Source of the DNA: Thermoproteota archaeon
GTDB lineage: Archaea; Thermoproteota; Thermoprotei; Thermofilales; B9-G17
Assembly: GCA_029258885.1 (NCBI GenBank)
Contig: JAPDJW010000002.1
Span: 192,001-256,000, forward strand
DNA length: 64,000 bases
Reading direction: 5' to 3'
The notes beneath the pieces were generated by a model. The model saw only the letters and a program-made list of their open reading frames with translations. It searched no databases and was not told the origin of the DNA. Below are positions 1 to 9,642 of this stretch, piece by piece; positions within the stretch are counted from its first letter, which is position 1; every line of letters begins with the position of its first letter. The position numbers and the translations under genes were made by a program.

Positions 1-582
1 GGTGGTTAACTGATAGATGTCCTGTGTCGATGCATACCCCTATATTATCATACTTAACGTTTTCAATTAAACTCAGTAGATCGCCAGCTTTGCATCCGAA
101 AACTCTTTCAAGAGTATTTTCAACTGCTATAAGAATTCCTCTCTCATGAGCATACCTCAGAATTCTATTAAATATCCTTACGTTAACTTCCAGGGAATAC
201 TTATATGTATCTAGGCTTCTAAACCCTATATTTGGATCGGCTATCGCTGGATGAACTACCAACACTTCCGCTTCAAGCATCCTACAGTAGTCTATCCATC
301 TAAAAATCTTCTCTAAAGCTCTCTCTACCGTGTTTTTATCAGTCGAGGCGAGCTCTGCATTTACTGAACCAAATATGGCATGCATTTGAATAGGTTTAAG
401 AGAGGTTGTATTTAGTCTATCCCTAATTTTTCTGCTAATCTATCTTGGCCTTCTCTATCTAGGCCTCTAAAATGTTCATAGGCTATTTCAATAAACTTTA
501 TTCCCTCCTCGTCCAGTAAATCGAATGTTTCTTCAGCGTTTAAAACAGGATATCCTATCATAGTATCTACTCCCCAATCCAT
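1..582 (-). pseudogene. Sugar-phosphate isomerase/epimerase (xylose-isomerase-like TIM barrel), split by a frameshift; runs off the window edge
   Basis: Not in the ORF track. ATG at 582, 2 nt after the anmK stop, gives a 56-aa ORF (MDWGVDTMIG...EIAYEH...LAEKLGID*, stop 414-412). A second frame open to position 1 reads IRDRLNTTSLKPIQMHA...VVHP...IAVEN...VCIDTGH, which are AP-endonuclease-2/TIM-barrel motifs. One extra A in the A5 run (T5 at 427-431 on +) would join the two frames. Confidence 0.7.
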
Positions 583-584
583 AT

Positions 585-1790
585 CTATTCACCTAGTACT
601 ATCTTTCCCATAACAACTCTCCTTTTAGCACCAGTAGCAGTTGTGACATTATTATAGTTGCCGGATATGGTTTCGTTGGCCAGAATAGCTATGATCAGAG
701 GCTCCTTGGCCTGAGCTGGAATACCGTAATCCTCATGAACCCTAACCTCAGCTGGATAGAGATACTCCCTAAGCATCTTAAGCAATGTTTTATTATAGGA
801 TCCTCCCCCACCAACGATGACTTCATCCACCTTTCCAAGGTAGTTTTCATAGTTGTATTTTATGGATAACGCAGTGAATGCAGTTACTGTAGCTACTATA
901 TCTTCATCGCTAAGCCCCATTCTCTTACCCTCGCGATACACCTTTAACGCGTAATGTACTCCAAATTCCTCTCTGCCAGTGGTTTTTGGAGGCGGTCTCT
1001 TAATAAACTCATGCTCCATAAGCCTGCTTAAAAGCCTTTCGTTCACACGCCCCTTCGCAGCAATTTTCCCATCTGCATCAAAACTCATTTTACCGCCTGT
1101 AATGTGGCTTACAATAGCATCTATAATCATGTTTCCGGGTCCTGTATCAAAAGCCATAACATCGTCTATTGATGCTTGAGCAGGAATATATGTTACGTTA
1201 GCTATGCCCCCTATGTTCTGAATAGCCCTATTAACGTATTCACTTCTAAAAATTATGTAATCCACATATGCCGATATCGGAGCTCCCTGGCCACCCACCG
1301 CTACATCTTTATGTCTAAAATCAGCGACCGTAACAACGCCAGTTCTCGCGGCAATAACTGATGGCTCAACTATTTGAAGAGTAGATCTAACTCTATAGCT
1401 ATCTACAGTCACGGGATCTGGCATATGATATATTGTTTGACCATGTGATCCTATTAAATCGATGTCTCTCATACTTAGCCCCGCCTCCTCAACTATCCTA
1501 AAGCATGCATCCGCAAAAAGTTCAGCTAGGACGTAGTTCATTAAACATATTTTGTCAACTTTACCCGTATTTGGATCAAATAACTCGAAGACTCTACGCC
1601 TTATGCTCTCTGGGTAGGGATAGGTGTTGTAGGCCAGTATTTTAAACTTGGTGTTTATACCCGATCCACGTATCTTAACTACGACAGCCGACACTCCGTC
1701 GGCCGAGGTTCCAGACATGAGACCTATAACTAGCTTCTCCTCCTTCCTATGTATTTCAATTAGTTTCTCGAAGGGATTCATAACGGTCAC
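585..1790 (-). CDS. anmK: Anhydro-N-acetylmuramic acid kinase
   Basis: GLMSGTSADG, GSHGQTIYH, DFR..DVAVGGQGAP, NIGGIANVT, FDTGPGN and PPKTTGREEFG motifs. Likely start is ATG 1781, preceded by GGTGA. Confidence 0.95.
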   Translation of the reverse strand: MTVMNPFEKLIEIHRKEEKLVIGLMSGTSADGVSAVVVKIRGSGINTKFKILAYNTYPYPESIRRRVFELFDPNTGKVDKICLMNYVLAELFADACFRIVEEAGLSMRDIDLIGSHGQTIYHMPDPVTVDSYRVRSTLQIVEPSVIAARTGVVTVADFRHKDVAVGGQGAPISAYVDYIIFRSEYVNRAIQNIGGIANVTYIPAQASIDDVMAFDTGPGNMIIDAIVSHITGGKMSFDADGKIAAKGRVNERLLSRLMEHEFIKRPPPKTTGREEFGVHYALKVYREGKRMGLSDEDIVATVTAFTALSIKYNYENYLGKVDEVIVGGGGSYNKTLLKMLREYLYPAEVRVHEDYGIPAQAKEPLIIAILANETISGNYNNVTTATGAKRRVVMGKIVLGE

Positions 1791-1828
1791 CGTAAACTGT
1801 TATATACCGTATTAGGAAAATAAAATCT

Positions 1829-2923
1829 TTGGGTAATAACTTGAAGGGAGTTGAAAGGTTTCTTAAAGCATTAAATAGGGAAGAGCCCGATAGAGTCCCG
1901 ATATGGGAGCTTATTATTGATAGACCCGTGATTAAGTCCCTCTATGGGGATATAAGCTACGCTGATGTTGTTGAGATACTGGATTTAGATGGCATAACTG
2001 CTGGAGAGGACGTTAAAATGAGGGAGATTGAAAAGGGGAAATTCGTATGCGAATGGGGGATAACATGGGGCATAACCGAGTTTGGCGTAGTATATCCCCT
2101 TAAGGGTCCCATAAAAAGCAAGAAGGACTTAATCGACTATCAGCCTCCAGATCCCGATGCCGACTACAGGCTAAATACGCTTGAGGAGTATATCGATAGA
2201 TTTAAAGGCGAAAAAGCTATAGTTCTTTTAAGCCACGACGCCTTTGAATTCTCCCATTACTTGGTTGGCGGCATGGCGAATCTATTTAGGCTTTACTATA
2301 AGGATCCCGAGGCCGCACATACTCTAGCGGAGAAGATAGTCGAGTATAAATCAAGAGTCATAGAGAGAGCTATTAAGGCTGGGGCTGACGTTATATTAAG
2401 CGGAGACGACTACGCCGATAAAAACGGTCCGCTAGTATCACCCCGAATGTTCAAAATCTTCATTATGCCCTATCTTAAGAGGGTAGTTGATACGGCAAAA
2501 AGGTACGGGAAGCCGTTTATAAAACATACGGATGGAAAGATATGGAAAATCCTTGATATGATAGTTGCTACCGGTATAGATGGCCTACATCCAATAGAGC
2601 CCTGCGCAGGAATGGATATACTTAAGGTTAAGAGGATGTATGGAGATAGGATCTGCGTAATAGGCAATATAGATTGCTCCTATGTTCTTCCGTTAATGTC
2701 CCCAAATGACGTCGAGGAGGTTGTTAAGGAGACTATAGCTAAAGTGGGTCCCGGAGGAGGATATATATTATCCTCCAGCAACAGCATTCATCCAGGAGTT
2801 AAGCCAGAAAATTTTCTTGTAATGATTAAAGCTGCAAAAAGATATGGTCGTTATCCAATCAGTGAGGAGCTTATCAGGGAATATGGTAAGAGAAACTTTT
2901 ACAGTAAGATTTTCAAGTTTTAG
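1829..2923 (+). CDS. Uroporphyrinogen decarboxylase-like (URO-D/MtaA superfamily) protein
   Basis: ERFLKAL..EEPDRVP start, DD...GPLVSP.MF..F..PY, KHTDG, GNIDC and GGGYILSSSNSI motifs. TATA TTATATA at 1800-1806 fits a leaderless start. Confidence 0.85.
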   Translation: MGNNLKGVERFLKALNREEPDRVPIWELIIDRPVIKSLYGDISYADVVEILDLDGITAGEDVKMREIEKGKFVCEWGITWGITEFGVVYPLKGPIKSKKDLIDYQPPDPDADYRLNTLEEYIDRFKGEKAIVLLSHDAFEFSHYLVGGMANLFRLYYKDPEAAHTLAEKIVEYKSRVIERAIKAGADVILSGDDYADKNGPLVSPRMFKIFIMPYLKRVVDTAKRYGKPFIKHTDGKIWKILDMIVATGIDGLHPIEPCAGMDILKVKRMYGDRICVIGNIDCSYVLPLMSPNDVEEVVKETIAKVGPGGGYILSSSNSIHPGVKPENFLVMIKAAKRYGRYPISEELIREYGKRNFYSKIFKF

Positions 2924-4866
2924 AACGGCAATATCCACGTAGCTTTTGAAACCATGACAATAGCTGTTGCAAGCCCTATTAAAATACCTTCACCCGCTGC
3001 AACGCCCGCTACTATGAGTGCCTTATTTTCGTTCCACCACTCCTTTCCAACCACCTTGGGTGCTAGGTATTTGCTAATAAATGCGCCTATAAACGTAGGT
3101 ACTGCTGAAGTCGGTAGAATATAGGTACCCGTTAATAGACCTATAAGCGAGAACGGTATCCCCATTTTAGATAAAGCTTCGCCTATTATCCCTACCGAGA
3201 GCATAAGTGCGAAGGGATAGATCAGGGTTTCCGACCTGAACTTAAATATCTGCCCAGAAATCCATAGGCATGAGGACGCTGCTTGAACAGGCCATGAAAT
3301 CAATGTCTGAGGATAGACTGAGGAGGGTATTGGGGCTATGCTCCAATAGAACTGCACGTAAACGAAGCTCATTACGAAAAATACTATAGCTGTAAATATG
3401 AAGGCCTTGAAAAAGTCTGAGAGCCTGGTTTTAGTAAGATAAGCGGCCTTCATGCTTTGAGTCCAGTATGGAACAGCTGCTGCACTGACAATAGGTGCTG
3501 TCAACCACGGCTCTATTCCCTTATATCCACTTACGAGTATGGTCGCCTGCCAAACATAGGGTATCGATATAGAGTACCCTGTCTCACCTATAGTCCTTGT
3601 CCTTATGAGGGAGTCCATAAAGCTCCATCCAAGAGCTACAAGGAGGGAGAGCCATATCGGGAAGTCTAATCCCACTAAAGCATGGAACACTATAACGGAA
3701 AGTATAACTGTACCAGCATACCATAGGAGCAATATTTTAGGTGATGGGTATCCAGTGGCCTTCTCAGCCTTAGATAGCTTCGCTAAGCTCTTTATAGCCC
3801 TAATTATACTCTTATAACTTCTAGCTAAAACAATTATTGATACCGCTAACGTGAAGCCTATATGGGGAGCTATCCACACCCTTATGCTTGCCCTTTGGTA
3901 AACATAAGCTAACCCTGAGGCTGGAATCCACTCCTCAACCCATTCAGGGAACCAGTGGGCGAAAACTGTCAGCGCCAAATGATTACCTATAACCCACGTA
4001 GCTATGGATCCTATTAGCATGTAGAGGGCTGTGTCGAACGATATTAGAGTTCCCCCGAGAAATGCGAGTATATCCGTTGCTATACCAAATACCGCACCAG
4101 GCAATATATTCTCTATACCCATGTACCCAGATGTCAGATCAATCCATGGTATGGGTATCAACTCGACCCTTATACCCGTCATACCATAGGAAAGAGTAGG
4201 AACGCCATAAAGTAGTGTTGAGTATATTAGGCCGACCATAGCGCTTAGGATGAATACCCTAAGCTTTTTAGGGTCTCTTTCCGCTAGAGTGGAGCTCATT
4301 TCTGCCTGAACGCTAGCGAAGGGGAACGGCAGTTTCTCTATTTCAATGTATAGGTAACTAAAGAGAAAGGTTAATGAGATATCGTAGAATACATACATGA
4401 AGTATCCACCTACAAGTAGCAGTATGGGTATAAGCCACTCAGGTGCAAAGAATGTTCTAAGCTCATGTACTGGAGAATCGTACCTTGGAACCCACCATGT
4501 AGGTATTACTTCTGGTAGAGGTTTGCCAGTATAGGGGTCCTTAAAGGACCACGTTATAGGGGATCTGACAAAGTAAGATCTATAAACTAGTCCCTCAAAA
4601 GGGGCTGCGGTAGCGGCTATTCCAACCATGGAGTAAATTATAAACATTTCCTGCGTAGTGAGGGGGTTGCCTGTGAGAACGGCTATTTCGCTTAATAGTA
4701 TAGCTGTAACGTAGACTGCCGCGCTAGCGAGACCTCCGCCGCTTACTAAGCTTAGATATATTGATACTGGAAGGATCATTGCTGACGCGAAGAGTATAGC
4801 TAGGGCTGTTCTAGGGGTAAATCCAGGTTTAAATTCGAGCAATTCTTCAGACATGTAGAACACCAT
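2920..4866 (-). CDS. OPT-superfamily-like polytopic membrane protein (putative peptide/glycopeptide transporter), paralogue of 21458..23422
   Basis: Many hydrophobic segments; N-terminal GFTPRTALAILF; EIEKLPFP motif; C-terminal AGVAAGEG shared with 21458..23422. Confidence 0.7.
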   Translation of the reverse strand: MVFYMSEELLEFKPGFTPRTALAILFASAMILPVSIYLSLVSGGGLASAAVYVTAILLSEIAVLTGNPLTTQEMFIIYSMVGIAATAAPFEGLVYRSYFVRSPITWSFKDPYTGKPLPEVIPTWWVPRYDSPVHELRTFFAPEWLIPILLLVGGYFMYVFYDISLTFLFSYLYIEIEKLPFPFASVQAEMSSTLAERDPKKLRVFILSAMVGLIYSTLLYGVPTLSYGMTGIRVELIPIPWIDLTSGYMGIENILPGAVFGIATDILAFLGGTLISFDTALYMLIGSIATWVIGNHLALTVFAHWFPEWVEEWIPASGLAYVYQRASIRVWIAPHIGFTLAVSIIVLARSYKSIIRAIKSLAKLSKAEKATGYPSPKILLLWYAGTVILSVIVFHALVGLDFPIWLSLLVALGWSFMDSLIRTRTIGETGYSISIPYVWQATILVSGYKGIEPWLTAPIVSAAAVPYWTQSMKAAYLTKTRLSDFFKAFIFTAIVFFVMSFVYVQFYWSIAPIPSSVYPQTLISWPVQAASSCLWISGQIFKFRSETLIYPFALMLSVGIIGEALSKMGIPFSLIGLLTGTYILPTSAVPTFIGAFISKYLAPKVVGKEWWNENKALIVAGVAAGEGILIGLATAIVMVSKATWILPF

Positions 4867-5036
4867 TGCTGGTGGTCAATAACTTAGAGGATAATTAGCT
4901 TATTAATGTTATCATCACCATGGTACAGACAGCGCTAGTTATTCAATACATGCTATTCCAGCTAGTCCATAGGCCTACGGCAAATGATAAACAATATAAA
5001 ACGTAACTGGTATATCATGGTAGTATTTGAGGTGGT

Positions 5037-8000
5037 ATGTGCATGAACAAAAAACTATTGATCGTAATAATACCGCTATTATTAACCGTTCAACTAGTTG
5101 CCTCAAAACCGGAGGGGGAATCTATTTATAAAGAGCTATATGATAAAATAAACCTAGACAATATAAAGTATCATGTAAAGTATCTCTCATCCCTTGATAC
5201 CCTTTTCGTAGGCTATGAGGGCTATTATAAGGCGGCCGACTATATAGAGAGTAAGTTCAGGGAGTACGGCCTAAAAGTCTGGAGGCACGAGTTTAAAGTC
5301 GTCGTCCCCATCGACGAGGGATCGTATATAATATATAGGAAGACTGGAGAGAAGTTAAGGGCTTATGCCATGCTTCCAAACCTAGTGCAAACATGTTCAG
5401 GAAGGATTTCCGGTGAACTAGTATATGTTAAGGGGTATGATTTACAGGAACTTTCTGGGGTAAGCTTAGAGGACAAGATAGTTCTTATGGAGTACAACAC
5501 CTATAGAAACTGGCTGTATTTAGCAAATCTAGGAGCTAAAGCTGTAATTTTCATAGAACCCTCTGAAACGGATCTGCGGCAGTCGATAGCTAAGGTACTT
5601 TCAGTTCCATTGAATTTCACGAGAGTATACGTTACTGGAGATGTAGCTAGTAGATTAAAGGAGATAGCGAGAGAGGGTGGGGTGATAGATCTAGTAGTAA
5701 ACATGAAGTTTAAGGAGGTAGTAGGATACAATATAATTGGAGAGTTGAAGGGTGAGCTTGAAAACGATGTAATTCTAATGGTGTCGCATTACGATTCGTG
5801 GTCGGCAGTTCCAGGTAGATCCCTAGCGCTGGATGATATAGTTTCTGTTTCATCCCTACTTGAAATTGCCAGAATAATGTCTAAGTATAAACATAAGAGA
5901 ACTATATGGTTTGTAGCGTTCGGAGGACACTGGCAGGCACTAGCCGGTCCACGGAGTTTCGTGGAGGACTACTGCTTCAATGAAACCGTTCAAAGAGGAG
6001 AGCTTAAGCTATGGATGGCTATAGGCATAGATTTCTCCCTTAGAGGAAATAAGACGGCGTTAGTTGACGCCGGCTATTTCTATAGCTACGATGGAGGTAA
6101 TAGAGCTAATCTCCTAGCAAGATTTAGAGGCACATTAAGACCCCTAAGGACAGGCGAGGTATCTCCGATTGAAAGGTATCTAGCTAGGGTTATAGAGGAG
6201 ATATATGAAGGGAGAATAAAGCTTCCACAGCTCCTAGATAGTGGAATAGTTGAGGAAAATATAGGTTGGTGGGCGTCAATTCAAGAACCCTATATCCTAG
6301 ATACCGAGCCATTTATGGCTTCCGGAGGCATAGGATTCACCTTTTACACGGGCGATGTATTCAGGCCTGAGAGAGGCACAACGGTAATTCCTAAGAGAAG
6401 CTTTAACTATGAAAACCTTAAGCCGCAGATTATTGTTGCCCTGGCAACTCTCTATGGATTTGCAAACGAGGAGGATTGGGCCCTAAACTGGGACGAGGTT
6501 AAGGCCAGCAGAGCTTTCGTAGTTTCTGGAGGAGCTACAGCACTATATACCGCTAAGGGATTCAATTATATAGAGGGTAAGGTTGTTGAATACAGCTTAA
6601 TTCAAGGCAAGTATATTCCCGTACCCAATGCAATAGTAGTAATTCATAGGGGAGATCCCATAAACTTCCCATATAACGTGATATATACCTTCGCCGATAA
6701 GAACGGAACCTTCAGAATATACGGCTCTACGCCTAACACTGGAATAATGTCCCCCTACGGGGGATACGGTTCATATCACGTTAGCGCATATGTGCTGGAC
6801 GATAAAGGCAGGGTAATATACGCCCCCGACTATGGGATATATGGCCATAGAAGATTTCCGAGTACTGTTTTAGCTAGGCATGAAATTAACAGGATACAGG
6901 CGAGAGTATTCAGAGTTAAGGGTAGAATATATTTATATGGCCTTGTAGACCCCTATACCGTAAGCGTTAGGTCGGCTACAAGGTACGTAAATCCGTTTTC
7001 ATACTGGGCATCCCCGCCTACGTTTTACATAACGTTATTTAAATCTGAGACGCTAAGCGAGCCTATGAGCTTCTATGTCAGTGTTCAGCCTCCCGTTGCC
7101 GTCATATTTACGCCAAGGGAACTAAATAAGGTAACATTACTCATTAAATACGGTGCCCTAGGGAGAATAGTTGGACTCTTACAGGAGATACCGATAAGCG
7201 CGGAGGTACACGTGCATAGGACGATATATAACATTGCGATAAACTTATACAATATCTCAAGTGAAAGGTACCTTAAGCTAAAGAATTCCTTTATTGAAAT
7301 ATTCTTGGTCGAAGAAACCCTTTCCCACACACGCAAGCTAATAGATGAGGCTAAAGCTAACCTTATAAAGAGGGACTACAACGGATTCTTCAGTAGCGCC
7401 ATTTTCTCATGGCTATGGAGCATCGATAGCTATAGAAACGTAATGGCTGTTGTATTTGATGTCGCAAATACGAGCGCAATATTCTTCGTTCTATTGCTAC
7501 CCTTCACATTTTTCTTTGAACGGTTGGTGTTCCACGCAGAGGGCTATAAGAGGTTCGCTGTAATAGTATCTACGGCCATACTTTTGACCGTGTTCTTTTC
7601 GGTAATTCACCCATCCACAAAGCTTGCTTCGAACGCGTATGTAGGATTCCTGGGGGTAACTCTAGGTGGAATATTCATAGCGATAATAGTTCTATTCACC
7701 GAGGAGTTAAGGTCTTTCCTTAAAGAGATTAGGAAGAAGCTTAGGGGCGAACACTTTATAGAGAAGGGTCTAGTACCAATGACTACGATAGCCTTCTCGG
7801 TAGCTCTTGAAAACATGAGGGTTCGTAAGCTAAGAACCGTCCTAGTCCTATTTACGATAATAACAACAGTATTCAGTTTAATAGCGCTAGCATCATTTAG
7901 CTACGCGATAAGCGTATACGATAAATATCCGATAAAGTATGAGGGAGAACCGCCTTATGAAGGACTATTAGTTAAACTGGGAATAGGAGCGCCGTGGGAT

Positions 8001-9506
8001 TTAATGGGACAGGAGACGTTATCCAGCATACAGGCGATGGTTGGATTAAGGGCAAATATTTCGCCTAGAGTATGGCTTTATCCGACATCTAGAGTATTCT
8101 CGGCAGAGGGAGTTCTAATGAAAGTTAAAAGTACTCATGGGGAGACCTACATAAGAGCATTACTAGGTCTATCTCCAACAGAGCCTATGAATCCACTAGA
8201 TTTAGGCGTTATATATGAAGGTAAGGCGTTAAGGTGGTTTATAGAGGAAGACGAGTACGTATGCTATATTCCATCCGAAATTGCCTCCCAGCTAAACGTC
8301 GATGTAGGCGATACGATAAATGTTGCTGGAATAGACCTCAGGATCCTAGGAATATATGACGAAAAAATGTACGACTACTACCTCGATATTTTCGGCGATA
8401 AATTTACGCCACTAAATCCACAGAGAATAATTTCACTATCTCTAGAAACTCTGCCAGAGGAGGAGTTTGTTACCCTACCTTTCGGCGATGTAATTATAGT
8501 TCCATACGAGCTAGCACTAGAGCTTGGAGGAAACATAGCTAGCATTGCCATAACATCAAATGATGCAGAGTACATAGATAGCCTAGCATGGGAGCTTGCC
8601 GCTCATACAGCCTTTGACGTCATTTTGAGTAAAAACGGCGAAGTATTCATGTTACATAGAAGAGTAATATCGATGATAAGAGGACTTGAATACATAGCAT
8701 TCCCGTTGATCATAGGCTCACTCAATATATTTATAACAATACTTGGATCCATAAAGGAGAGGGAGAATGAAATAAAAATATACAGCTCCCTAGGCCTCTC
8801 CCCAACGGGAGTATTCGCTCTGTTCCTAGTCGAAACAATGACATACGCTTTTATAGCAATAGTTCCAGGATACATTTTAGGCATACTCTTCAACGTGTAC
8901 CTGGTGGCAAATGACATACTTCCACCAGGTTTCTCCGCAAACTACACCTCCTCCGCCGAAGTCTACACAGTTAGCATAACCTTGCTAGCTACGATCGCAG
9001 CATCCCTCTATCCTATAATGAGGGTATCAAGAACAGTCACGCCATCTTTTGAAAGAAAATGGAAGATACCGACCAAGCCCGTAGGAGATACATGGGAGAT
9101 ACCACTTCCATTTTCAGTAACAAATGAAAAATCTGTTAAGGGCATCATATATTACCTTCAAGAATTCTTTAAGGGGCTCATGATAGAAACCGATCAGCCC
9201 TACATAGTCAGGGCATTAAACTATGACCTATCCAAGAACGAAATAGATATGGTGGTAGCATTAAAGCCCATAGAATCTAATGTTACCCAGGATGTAATAA
9301 TTAGAGCTTTAAGAGTGGAAGAAAATAAGTTCTCTTTCACTATAATTGTAAAGAGAAGAACTGGAGCTAAACTTGTATGGAAATCTTCCAACTACAGGTT
9401 CATAGATGCTGTGAGGAAACAGCTGCTTACATGGCGCTTCATAGGTCCAGAGAAGAGGAGACGATACATAATGCTGGCATTAAAATCCTCTACCTCCACG
9501 AGCTAA
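5037..9506 (+). CDS. Giant membrane protein: signal peptide + PA domain + M28-peptidase-like fold + TM bundle + MacB/FtsX permease + C-terminal soluble domain
   Basis: Signal peptide; PA-like GELVYV...KIVL...GAKAVIFIEP; M28-like SHYDS and DD; FtsX motif SIKERENEIKIYSSLG; paralogue of 17059..21474. Confidence 0.8.
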   Translation: MCMNKKLLIVIIPLLLTVQLVASKPEGESIYKELYDKINLDNIKYHVKYLSSLDTLFVGYEGYYKAADYIESKFREYGLKVWRHEFKVVVPIDEGSYIIYRKTGEKLRAYAMLPNLVQTCSGRISGELVYVKGYDLQELSGVSLEDKIVLMEYNTYRNWLYLANLGAKAVIFIEPSETDLRQSIAKVLSVPLNFTRVYVTGDVASRLKEIAREGGVIDLVVNMKFKEVVGYNIIGELKGELENDVILMVSHYDSWSAVPGRSLALDDIVSVSSLLEIARIMSKYKHKRTIWFVAFGGHWQALAGPRSFVEDYCFNETVQRGELKLWMAIGIDFSLRGNKTALVDAGYFYSYDGGNRANLLARFRGTLRPLRTGEVSPIERYLARVIEEIYEGRIKLPQLLDSGIVEENIGWWASIQEPYILDTEPFMASGGIGFTFYTGDVFRPERGTTVIPKRSFNYENLKPQIIVALATLYGFANEEDWALNWDEVKASRAFVVSGGATALYTAKGFNYIEGKVVEYSLIQGKYIPVPNAIVVIHRGDPINFPYNVIYTFADKNGTFRIYGSTPNTGIMSPYGGYGSYHVSAYVLDDKGRVIYAPDYGIYGHRRFPSTVLARHEINRIQARVFRVKGRIYLYGLVDPYTVSVRSATRYVNPFSYWASPPTFYITLFKSETLSEPMSFYVSVQPPVAVIFTPRELNKVTLLIKYGALGRIVGLLQEIPISAEVHVHRTIYNIAINLYNISSERYLKLKNSFIEIFLVEETLSHTRKLIDEAKANLIKRDYNGFFSSAIFSWLWSIDSYRNVMAVVFDVANTSAIFFVLLLPFTFFFERLVFHAEGYKRFAVIVSTAILLTVFFSVIHPSTKLASNAYVGFLGVTLGGIFIAIIVLFTEELRSFLKEIRKKLRGEHFIEKGLVPMTTIAFSVALENMRVRKLRTVLVLFTIITTVFSLIALASFSYAISVYDKYPIKYEGEPPYEGLLVKLGIGAPWDLMGQETLSSIQAMVGLRANISPRVWLYPTSRVFSAEGVLMKVKSTHGETYIRALLGLSPTEPMNPLDLGVIYEGKALRWFIEEDEYVCYIPSEIASQLNVDVGDTINVAGIDLRILGIYDEKMYDYYLDIFGDKFTPLNPQRIISLSLETLPEEEFVTLPFGDVIIVPYELALELGGNIASIAITSNDAEYIDSLAWELAAHTAFDVILSKNGEVFMLHRRVISMIRGLEYIAFPLIIGSLNIFITILGSIKERENEIKIYSSLGLSPTGVFALFLVETMTYAFIAIVPGYILGILFNVYLVANDILPPGFSANYTSSAEVYTVSITLLATIAASLYPIMRVSRTVTPSFERKWKIPTKPVGDTWEIPLPFSVTNEKSVKGIIYYLQEFFKGLMIETDQPYIVRALNYDLSKNEIDMVVALKPIESNVTQDVIIRALRVEENKFSFTIIVKRRTGAKLVWKSSNYRFIDAVRKQLLTWRFIGPEKRRRYIMLALKSSTSTS

Positions 9507-9642
9507 CAACAATATATATTATAATATAATGATTTATTTGCAAATGAAATTTTTATTTCAAAACAAAAAAGATTTACATATATAAGCTCAACGTTAAAGC
9601 TTAAATAGACTTACGATTAATTTTCCCTCAGGGTGTTCTTTT

